From Geotalea uraniireducens Rf4 (GTDB taxonomy: Bacteria > Desulfobacterota > Desulfuromonadia > Geobacterales > Geobacteraceae), in contig NC_009483.1 in assembly GCF_000016745.1 (NCBI RefSeq), positions 510,001 to 542,000 of the forward strand: a stretch of 32,000 nt of DNA, in the 5' to 3' direction. Below, one piece after another: positions 24,865 through 32,000 of this stretch (position 1 is the first letter of the stretch; each line of letters opens with the position of its first letter). The translations under genes were made by a program, and so were the position numbers. Under the pieces are notes generated by a model. It was not told where the DNA came from. It was given only the letters and a program-made list of their open reading frames with translations, and made no database searches.

Positions 24865-27432
24865 ATGGAAATCAAACGTAGAGATTTTCTGAAGGTAACC
24901 GCTGCCGCCGGCGCGGTGGCGGCCATTGGCCTGCCGAAGCTGAACGCCTTTGCAGCCGGGCAAGCCCCTGCCGCCACAGGCTCTATGAAAGGCGAATGGA
25001 TTGCCTCCACCTGCCAGGGCTGCACCGCCTGGTGCCCGGTGGAGTTTTTTGTCCAAGAAGGTCGCATCGACAAGGTGCGCGGCAACCAATTTTCCAAGGC
25101 CAATGGCGGTTACGTCTGCCCCAGCGGTCACCTGATGATCCCGCAGACCTATGACCCGGACCGGATTAAGGTTCCGATGAAGCGTACCAACCCCCAGAAG
25201 GGGCGCGGCGTTGATCCCAAATTTGTTCCCATCAGCTGGGACGAGGCCCTGGATACCCTGGCCGACAAGATGATGGAACTGCGCAAGAACAACGAGCCGG
25301 AGAAGCTGATGTACATGCGCGGCCGCTACTCTTCTACCTCCACCGACCTGCTCTACGGCACCCTGCCCAAGATCTTCGGTACTCCCAACTACTACTCCCA
25401 CAGCGCCATCTGCGCCGAGGCGGAGAAGATGGGCCCAGGCTACACCCAGGGCTTCTTTGGCTACCGTGACTACGACCTGGCCAAGACCAAGTGTCTGGTG
25501 GTGTGGGGCTGTGACCCGCTCTCTTCCAATCGTCAGGTGCCCAACGCCATCGCCAAGTTCAACGGAATCCTTGACCGCGGTACGTTGATTGCTGTCGATC
25601 CCCGTATGAGCGCCTCGGTCGCCAAAGCCAACGAATGGCTGCCGATCAAGCCGGGAGAGGACGGTGCTCTGGCCGCAGGCATAGCCCATGTGCTGCTTAC
25701 AGAAGGCTTCTGGAGCAAGGAGTTTGTCGGCGATTTCAAAGAGGGTAAAAACCTCTTCAAGGCCGGCGCCACGGTCGATGAAGCTGCCTTTGTGGAGAAA
25801 CAGACCCACGGTATCGTCAAGTACTGGAACATCGAACTGAAAGACAAAACCCCGTCCTGGGCCGCCAAAAAAACCCTGATACCCGAGGAGCAGATTATTC
25901 GTGTGGCCCGCGCCATGGGCAAGGCCGGCAGCGCATGTGCCGTCTGGATGGGGCCCGGCGTGGCCATGACACCGCGCGGCACCTACGCCGCCATGGCGGT
26001 CTACGCCCTGAACGGTATTCTCGGCTCCATCGAGACCGAAGGTGGCGTGTTCCAGAGTTCCAGCGCTCCGGTTGAGAAATTTCCCGAGATCAAGAAATCA
26101 TTTATCGATGAAATGGCCGAGCATCACGGCCATGGAAAGAAGATCGACGGGCGCGGCGCCAAGGATATGCCGGCCATGATGAGCGCCAAGCCGGGCAGCG
26201 GCGTGGTTACCAACAACGTGGCCAACGGCCTGCTCAAGAATCCGGACGCAATCAAGGTATTCATCAGCACTTGGAGCAACTTCGTCTTCTCGGCCACCGG
26301 CACTCAGCGCTGGGAAAAGGCCATGGCAAAAATGCCGTTCTTTGCCCATATGGTGACCAACGCCTCCGAGATGTCACAGTACGCCGATATCATTCTGCCG
26401 GCCACCTTTGCGCCAACCGAAAAGCTTTCGATCATCGGCAACATGGCTAATCTGCACGGCCATATATCCATCCAGCAGCCGGTGGCCAAGCCGCTTTGGC
26501 AGGTAAAATCCGAGGAGACTGAAGTAATGTGGCTCCTGGCTGAAAAGTTGAAGTCCAAAGGCTTTGCCAACCTTTACGACTACTACGCCTCTTTCGAGGA
26601 TCCTGAAACCAAGAAGAAACCGACCAACGCCTCTGAGTTCGCCGAGATCGCCGCCAGGATATCTTCCCAAAAGGTCTGGAACGGCAAGGAGAAACAAAAA
26701 GGTGATCAGATCGCCGGTTGGGCCGATTTTAAAAAGAAGGGTATCTACAACTCGGAGACCTATAAATACAAGAAGAACTGGGGCAAGGATAACCCCGAAA
26801 CCAAGAAGTTTGAGGGTAAGTTCAAGACCGAAACCAAGAAGTTTGAGTTTTACAGCGAGACCATGAAAAAAGCACTTGGCGAACATGCCAAGAAGCATAA
26901 CACCACCATCGACGACATCCTCAAGTCCAGTGGCTACGAGGCCCAGGGCGAACTGGCCTTTGTGCCGCATTACGAATCACCCAAGCGTCACGGCAGCGAC
27001 AAGGAATATCCATTCACCTTCATCGATTACAAATCCCGACTCAATCGCGAGGGGCGCAGCCAGAACACTGTCTGGTATCAGGAGTTCAAGAAGGTGGACG
27101 TGGGGGACGAGAGCTGGGATGACGTGGTCAAGATCAACCCGATAGATGGCAAGAAACTCGGCATCAAGACCGGCGATACCGTTCGCCTGACATCGACTAC
27201 CGGCTCCATCGTAACCAAGGCCAAGTTGTGGGAAGGTGTCCGTCCCGGCACCATAGCCAAATGCTACGGTCAGGGACACTGGGCCTACGGCCGCGTTGCC
27301 GCCAAGGACTACGCCAAGGCACAGCCGCGCGGCGGAAACAACAATGAACTTCTGGTTGATGATTATGACCGCCTGAGCGGTGCAACGGCACGTAACGGCG
27401 GTTTCACCGGCGTCAAGATCGAAAAAGTTTGA
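24865..27432 (+). CDS. arrA: Respiratory arsenate reductase catalytic subunit ArrA (bis-MGD molybdoenzyme)
   Basis: Tat signal KRRDFLK. FeS motif C-x2-C-x3-C-x27-C counted exactly (CQGCTAWC...27 aa...C). MRGRYS matches the (R/K)GRY motif associated with ArrA. HSAICAE is the candidate Mo-ligand Cys. 855 aa. Confidence 0.85.
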   Translation: MEIKRRDFLKVTAAAGAVAAIGLPKLNAFAAGQAPAATGSMKGEWIASTCQGCTAWCPVEFFVQEGRIDKVRGNQFSKANGGYVCPSGHLMIPQTYDPDRIKVPMKRTNPQKGRGVDPKFVPISWDEALDTLADKMMELRKNNEPEKLMYMRGRYSSTSTDLLYGTLPKIFGTPNYYSHSAICAEAEKMGPGYTQGFFGYRDYDLAKTKCLVVWGCDPLSSNRQVPNAIAKFNGILDRGTLIAVDPRMSASVAKANEWLPIKPGEDGALAAGIAHVLLTEGFWSKEFVGDFKEGKNLFKAGATVDEAAFVEKQTHGIVKYWNIELKDKTPSWAAKKTLIPEEQIIRVARAMGKAGSACAVWMGPGVAMTPRGTYAAMAVYALNGILGSIETEGGVFQSSSAPVEKFPEIKKSFIDEMAEHHGHGKKIDGRGAKDMPAMMSAKPGSGVVTNNVANGLLKNPDAIKVFISTWSNFVFSATGTQRWEKAMAKMPFFAHMVTNASEMSQYADIILPATFAPTEKLSIIGNMANLHGHISIQQPVAKPLWQVKSEETEVMWLLAEKLKSKGFANLYDYYASFEDPETKKKPTNASEFAEIAARISSQKVWNGKEKQKGDQIAGWADFKKKGIYNSETYKYKKNWGKDNPETKKFEGKFKTETKKFEFYSETMKKALGEHAKKHNTTIDDILKSSGYEAQGELAFVPHYESPKRHGSDKEYPFTFIDYKSRLNREGRSQNTVWYQEFKKVDVGDESWDDVVKINPIDGKKLGIKTGDTVRLTSTTGSIVTKAKLWEGVRPGTIAKCYGQGHWAYGRVAAKDYAKAQPRGGNNNELLVDDYDRLSGATARNGGFTGVKIEKV

Positions 27433-27450
27433 GAAAGGGGGGATTACTGA

Positions 27451-28222
27451 ATGCCAAAACAATATGGAATGGTCATTGACCTTCAAAAATGTGTCGGCTG
27501 CGGCGCCTGCGCTCTTGCCTGCAAGACTGAGAACAATACCCAGGCCAGGGCTAACGGTCAAACTTACAACTGGGCTGACTTCATCTACAAGGAAGAGGGG
27601 AAATTCCCCAAAGTTTCCTTCACCGCCATCCCGGTGCTCTGCAACCACTGTAGCGATGCCCCCTGCGTCAAGGCATGCCCGGTGCAGCCCAAATCGAGTG
27701 TTCAAAACCGTCGACGGAATCACCATGCACAACGACGAGCGCTGCATCGGCTGTCGCCGCTGCCAGAAGGCCTGTCCCTACAGCGCAACTGATGTGGTAA
27801 AGGACAAGGCGGCCTACTCGGTCATCAGTGCCAACGACCCCAAGGCGCCACCTCACGCTGCATCACGCGATACCAGCGAGATGATCAAGGGCTGCACCGC
27901 TTCCGGTGCTGAGACCGCAAAAATGGCAGGCGGGGTTATTCCCAACCAGCATAAATACAGCCACCCGGATTACGAGAGCATCCGCAAGCAGGGAGTTGTT
28001 GAAAAGTGCATTTTCTGCGAGCACCGCGTCAAACAGGGCGAACAACCTAATTGCGTTGTAGCCTGCCCGGCCAAGGCCCGTATCTTCGGCGACCTGAACG
28101 ATGCGGCAAGCGAACCGGCCAAGCTGCTGAAGAAGTACAAACCGATGCGCCTTAAGGAAGAGAAAAAAACCAAACCCAACGTGGCCTATATCCGCGCGTT
28201 TAAGGGTGAGAACAAAGTTTGA
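27451..28222 (+). pseudogene. arrB: arrB (four-cluster FeS subunit) interrupted by a +1 frameshift near 27688-27693
   Basis: The frame from 27451 gives CVGCGACALAC and CNHCSDAPCVKACPV, then degenerates (QPKSSVQNRRRNHH...) to a stop at 27792. The +1 frame (track ORF 27380-28222) continues with RVFKTVDGITMHNDERCIGCRRCQKACPY and CIFCEHRVKQGEQPNCVVACP. The total of 772 nt is 3n+1. Confidence 0.8.
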
Positions 28223-28251
28223 TAGTTTCTTGTTTCTGTTGATGTATTATT

Positions 28252-28285
28252 CCGGGGTGGGGCGTAAGCCCCATCCCGGTTTTTT
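28252..28285 (+). terminator. Rho-independent terminator after arrB
   Basis: CCGGGGTGGGGC-GTAA-GCCCCATCCCGG (12-bp stem with one G-U pair) followed by T6. Confidence 0.8.
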
Positions 28286-28294
28286 AGTAAGTTA

Positions 28295-28332
28295 GAAATC
28301 ATTTCCCGCATTTTTTTGCAGGAAATGATTTC
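28295..28332. repeat. Perfect 12-bp inverted repeat with 14-nt spacer in the arrB-arrD gap
   Basis: GAAATCATTTCC (28295-28306), spacer cgcatttttttgca, GGAAATGATTTC (28321-28332). Confidence 0.7.
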
Positions 28333-28375
28333 GTTAACGTACTTACCCTGTTTATAAGGGTGTGAGGATTATGCC

Positions 28376-29017
28376 GTGACTGAAAAACAAAGTATCACTG
28401 CAACGCGTGAAGATGTCTACCGCCTGCTGGCGGCCTGTTATTATCCACCATTAACGGAATTGATTGAGGAGAACTGCTGCGCGACACTTGCTACCCTTTT
28501 GGAGTCTGTTGCGCCGGATGCCACAAAGTATGCCGGTGATGCTGTGGTCGCAGTCGGCAAAAGTCCGCTTGACTCTCTGGCCGTCGAGCATGCCCGTCTT
28601 TTCATCGGTCCCTTCCAGCTTGTTGCCCCCCCCTATGGTTCGATCTATCTTGATGATGCCAAAACTGTCATGGGTGACTCGACTGCCAAGGTAGCGGCCT
28701 TCTACCACGCCTGTGGCCTGCACTTGGCCGATGACTTCCACGAATTGCCGGACCATTTTGCTGTTGAGTTGGAGTTCATGTCTTACTTGGCCTTCAAACA
28801 ACGAGAGGCAGAGGTCTTAGGCGATCAGGATGAAGTGATACGTGTCGTGAGTCTGCAAAGGGAGTTTCTCGACAGGTTCCTGATGCCGTGGCTGGCTCCG
28901 TTTACATCAGCCATCATCACTGACGGCGAAGCCCCTTTCTACCAGGCAATCGCGCGATGTACCGCCGCTTTCATCAATGCTGATTACACTGCATTGGCGT
29001 GTACGAACAATGGCTGA
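28376..29017 (+). CDS. arrD: TorD/DmsD-family molybdoenzyme chaperone (ArrD)
   Basis: EHARLFIGPFQLVAPPYGSIYLD and ELPDHFAVELEFMSYL are the family signature blocks. GTG start 8 nt after GAGGA. Confidence 0.8.
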   Translation: MTEKQSITATREDVYRLLAACYYPPLTELIEENCCATLATLLESVAPDATKYAGDAVVAVGKSPLDSLAVEHARLFIGPFQLVAPPYGSIYLDDAKTVMGDSTAKVAAFYHACGLHLADDFHELPDHFAVELEFMSYLAFKQREAEVLGDQDEVIRVVSLQREFLDRFLMPWLAPFTSAIITDGEAPFYQAIARCTAAFINADYTALACTNNG

Positions 29018-29954
29018 AAGCAGAAATGTTACCGGCAGCAAAGATGATCTTTTGGCGGACGCTTCCCGCTGCATGCTAATGCGCTTCAGCGAAAGCAGCT
29101 GCCGACTTTGTTTCGACATCTGCCCGCATGGAGCTGTCTCGCTTGACGGCGGCCTCTCCATCAATCCGCAGCAATGCCGCGGCTGCCTGCTCTGCACTGC
29201 TGTCTGCCCAGTTGGGGCACTGGAACAGAGTAGCGATTTTTCCGCCTGTCTGGCTCGACTCTCCAAGGTTCCTGAACCGATCCTGGGCTGTGTCCGTACG
29301 AACGAGTGCTCAAATGGAACCGTGGCCTGTCTGGGCGGTCTTTCCGAAGAACACCTGCTTGCGCTCTGCCACACACTGACAGGAAGATTGACCCTCAACC
29401 TGTCCTTGTGTGGAGACTGTCCCAACAACCCCATGATTACTAGACTTCGTCAGCGGCTGGACGCCATTTCCGAGGCCGGGTTGTCTGACAGCAGATGCCA
29501 TATCAACTTTGCAGAATCAGCACAGGATATCCATTACCGCGATGAATCAGTAGACCGGCGGAGCTTCTTCAAGTCTTTTAGCAATGCCCTGTTCAAGAAT
29601 GCAGCTGTCATACTCTCTGCTACGAATGAACAGACCGAACGGCGCACCGAATACGCCGGAAAACGATTGCCGATCAGAAGAAAATTGCTGAACAGTACCA
29701 GAAACAAGCTCTCTCAGGAGTTGGTGGTCCGGATAAGGAAGCATTTTGACTCGTGTGTCTCATTTGATGACACCTGCACAAGATGCCAGGGGTGTGCAGC
29801 AATCTGCCCCACTGGTGCGCTGCAGACCGAGCTATCTGACATTCCACCGACTTTTGACCAACTGCTTTGCACTTGCTGCGGGCTCTGCCGTGAATTTTGC
29901 ATGGACGGAGCATTGCGGATTTCTACAGGCAACAGCGAGGACGGAGCAGGCTGA
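29010..29954 (+). CDS. Cytoplasmic 4Fe-4S ferredoxin-domain protein (NapF-like; possible ArrA maturation or electron-transfer factor)
   Basis: The ATG overlaps the arrD stop (ATGGCTGA). CRLCFDICP / CRGCLLCTAVCP at the N-terminus and CTRCQGCAAICP / CTCCGLCREFC at the C-terminus. No signal peptide. Confidence 0.65.
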   Translation: MAESRNVTGSKDDLLADASRCMLMRFSESSCRLCFDICPHGAVSLDGGLSINPQQCRGCLLCTAVCPVGALEQSSDFSACLARLSKVPEPILGCVRTNECSNGTVACLGGLSEEHLLALCHTLTGRLTLNLSLCGDCPNNPMITRLRQRLDAISEAGLSDSRCHINFAESAQDIHYRDESVDRRSFFKSFSNALFKNAAVILSATNEQTERRTEYAGKRLPIRRKLLNSTRNKLSQELVVRIRKHFDSCVSFDDTCTRCQGCAAICPTGALQTELSDIPPTFDQLLCTCCGLCREFCMDGALRISTGNSEDGAG

Positions 29955-30128
29955 ATTTTCCTGCATGATCGACAAGGTGGGGGGGCGTGGACGATTGTTC
30001 TGTCACTGAGACTGTCAACCGGCGTTGACATAAAACACCTTTGCACTTGCACCGTTTTTCCTCTATTATTTGCGCTGTCTGCGGCGCTTGCCGCCAGAGT
30101 GGCATCATGAAACCAGCGGAGGGCATAC

Positions 30129-30887
30129 ATGGACAAGGATATCCTGATCACAATGCAGGAGGATCTGGAACGGGCGCTGCAAAGACCCGCTCTTGAGCGG
30201 CGCTGGGCCATGCTCCTTGACCTGCGCAAATGCGTCGGCTGCCACGCCTGTACCATCGGCTGCGTCTCGGAAAACAAGCTGCCGCCGAAACTTTATTACC
30301 GTCCCGTCTTCGAGTATGAGCAGGGGAAATACCCGAAACCAACCCGAACCTACCTCCCCCGGCCGTGCATGCAGTGCGACAAGCCTCCCTGCGTCACCGC
30401 CTGTCCGGTGAAAGGCCCCGATGGCGCCACCTGGAAGGAAACCAAGGGGATCGGCACCGGTATCGTCCCGGTCAATTATGCCCGCTGTATCGGTTGCGGC
30501 AAATGCGTTCCCGCCTGCCCCTATCAGGCTCGCACCATGGATGACGGCGGCTTCCACACCGCCGGCACCCCTGAGCTGCAGAAATACGAAACCTTGCCCT
30601 CCTTCGAATATGGCAAGAAGTGGCCCCGTTCCGGCAAGAACCAGCCGATCGGCAACGCCCGCAAGTGCCATTTCTGCATCCATCGTTTGGCCAACGGCAT
30701 GCTTCCCATGTGCATCACCACCTGCATCGGCCGGGCTGGCTATTTCGGCGACGAGAGCGATTCAAAGAGCCTGATCGCCCAGGTAAAAAAGGCCAACAAG
30801 ATTCAGATTCTCAAGGCCGGCAAGGGGACGGCGCCGCGGGTCTATTACGTGGCGAATGAGACGCTGGAGGTGCTCTATGGCAAATAA
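30129..30887 (+). CDS. Four-cluster FeS subunit of a molybdopterin-oxidoreductase-type complex (DmsB/PsrB/NrfC-like)
   Basis: CVGCHACTIGC, CMQCDKPPCVTACP, CIGCGKCVPACP and CHFCIHRLANGMLPMCITTC. Confidence 0.8.
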   Translation: MDKDILITMQEDLERALQRPALERRWAMLLDLRKCVGCHACTIGCVSENKLPPKLYYRPVFEYEQGKYPKPTRTYLPRPCMQCDKPPCVTACPVKGPDGATWKETKGIGTGIVPVNYARCIGCGKCVPACPYQARTMDDGGFHTAGTPELQKYETLPSFEYGKKWPRSGKNQPIGNARKCHFCIHRLANGMLPMCITTCIGRAGYFGDESDSKSLIAQVKKANKIQILKAGKGTAPRVYYVANETLEVLYGK

Positions 30888-30972
30888 CAATGACGATGAC
30901 GTTTCCCGCCGCGAATTCCTGAAAAATCCGCTATCGTGGGTGGGAGTGTGTCGTTCTATGACACGAAGGTGA
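30877..30972 (+). pseudogene. 31-codon remnant carrying a perfect Tat signal start (truncated partner gene)
   Basis: GGAGG lies 6 nt before ATG 30877, which overlaps the preceding stop. MANNNDDDVSRREFLKNPLSWVGVCRSMTRR-stop: the SRREFLK consensus is present, but no hydrophobic h-region or mature domain follows. Confidence 0.5.
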
Positions 30973-31019
30973 AAATTGATAAAGGTATGAAGTGTAGGAT
31001 AAAAGATTGACTCGAAAAC

Positions 31020-31048
31020 GGGGTCGCCAAGTGGCGGCCCTTTTTTTT
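31020..31048 (+). terminator. Rho-independent terminator
   Basis: GGGTCGCC-AAGT-GGCGGCCC (one G-U pair) followed by T8. Confidence 0.75.
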
Positions 31049-31144
31049 ACCCTGTCTTCCAGTTCGTACCATAAGGAATCCAGCTAAAGTTTTTTCAACT
31101 GTGTGACGATAGGGCTATTAAAACAACTTTATCGGGAGGGTGAC

Positions 31145-31936
31145 ATGGGTATGAAAAGAGGGGTCTCGGGTAAAAAGACGGTTTTGCTGGCAGCGGTGTT
31201 GGCGTTGGGCGTTATACATGCGGCTCAAGCAGAAACCGTAAAGCTACATGGTTCGACGACGGTGCAAAAGCGGATTATGGAGCCTGGCAAGGACGCGCTG
31301 AAAAAAGCAACAAGCATCGATCTGGTGCTGGTCGGCAACGGGACCGGCAATGGCCTTGAGGATCTGGTAAACGGCAAGTGTGACGCTTCCATGGCGTCGG
31401 AAGAGTTGGCCGATGCCGTAGCCAGCATGAAGGACGCAAGCGGCAAGGAAGCGGCTGCAGGGCTTACGCCTCATATTATTACCACCGATGTCATCAAGGT
31501 GATCGTGCACCCGTCAAATACGGTGGCCAAGCTTTCCAAGGAACAGCTCAAGGGGCTTCACAACGGCTCAATAGCCAACTGGAAGGATGCCGGCGGGACC
31601 GACCAGCCGGTAATCGTCATTACCTCTCATCTCGGTTCTGCGACGAGGAAGGTCTTCCAAAAAGAGGTCATGGACGGGACAAAATATGTGGATGGCGCCA
31701 TTGAAGTGGAAACGACCCGCAAGGAGATCGACAACGTTTCCCACTTTCCGGAAGCCATAGGGGCCGTCAGCATGGGGTTCATCAATCTGCCCGGCAACAG
31801 GGAAAAGATCAAGATAGTCGAAACGCCGCAGATCAGCCGCCCTCTCATGTTGATCACAAAAGGCGAGGCTTCACCGTCAGTAAAAAAAGTCGTGGATTTT
31901 TTCAAGGGTGAAGGAAAGAAATACATTAAAGACTGA
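31145..31936 (+). CDS. PstS-family (PBP-like) periplasmic oxyanion-binding protein
   Basis: GGGAGGG RBS 4 nt before ATG 31145. Signal peptide ...VIHAAQA/E. LHGSTTV...GNGTGNGLEDLVNGKCD pattern of phosphate-binding-protein-like domains. Confidence 0.65.
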   Translation: MGMKRGVSGKKTVLLAAVLALGVIHAAQAETVKLHGSTTVQKRIMEPGKDALKKATSIDLVLVGNGTGNGLEDLVNGKCDASMASEELADAVASMKDASGKEAAAGLTPHIITTDVIKVIVHPSNTVAKLSKEQLKGLHNGSIANWKDAGGTDQPVIVITSHLGSATRKVFQKEVMDGTKYVDGAIEVETTRKEIDNVSHFPEAIGAVSMGFINLPGNREKIKIVETPQISRPLMLITKGEASPSVKKVVDFFKGEGKKYIKD

Positions 31937-31962
31937 CGACCGTTGGCAGGGCTCGGCTTGAA

Positions 31963-31992
31963 GCGCACAGCCCAGTGTCGTGCGCTGTTTTT
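31963..31992 (+). terminator. Probable terminator after the binding-protein gene
   Basis: GCGCAC-11 nt-GTGCGC followed by TGTTTTT. Confidence 0.5.
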
Positions 31993-32000
31993 ACGCGTAT

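Noticed and set aside
24835-25809. 324-aa minus-strand ORF inside arrA
   Set aside because: It is antisense to a full-length ArrA with Tat signal, FeS motif and GRY motif, and has no features of its own.
27687-27693. CCCAAAT as a programmed -1 ribosomal frameshift heptamer in arrB
   Set aside because: The X-XXY-YYZ phasing fits the downstream frame, not the incoming one. The required shift is +1, not -1. No stop or rare-codon context for +1 recoding is evident, so an indel or sequencing error is more likely.

Overview
High-GC respiratory and accessory region whose gene content looks Geobacter/Desulfuromonadales-like (inference from gene content only). From left to right:

1. A LysR regulator gene that runs off the left edge (1-764, minus strand).
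2. A complete IS4-family insertion sequence (830-2164). It has 25-bp terminal inverted repeats and a perfect 9-bp target-site duplication, and it sits in the divergent promoter region.
3. Two tandem paralogous outer-membrane modules (2289-7273 and 8519-12955). Each encodes a tandem-rhodanese lipoprotein, a porin, a small periplasmic protein and a pentaheme c-type cytochrome. The cytochrome reading frame continues through one in-frame TGA followed by a hairpin, so it is a predicted selenoprotein that the ORF track splits in two. The second module keeps its own divergent LysR gene. The layout matches what I recall of the extHIJKL cluster of Geobacter sulfurreducens.
4. An operon for a 12-heme lipoprotein cytochrome, a 10-heme cytochrome, a Rieske protein, a split b6-type cytochrome b (CxGG motif), a subunit-IV-like protein and a tetraheme cytochrome.
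5. moeA-mobB-mobA on the minus strand, plus a 5'-truncated tatA remnant.
6. arsR-acr3 on the minus strand, followed by an ECF sigma factor with a Cys-rich tail and a DGC-type protein.
7. An arsenate-respiration cluster: triheme c7-type cytochrome, arrA, a frameshifted arrB, a TorD-like arrD, two ferredoxin-type genes and a 31-codon Tat-signal remnant.
8. A PstS-like periplasmic binding protein.

I saw no rRNA, tRNA or CRISPR array. Most long ORFs on the opposite strand of these genes are GC-driven artefacts.
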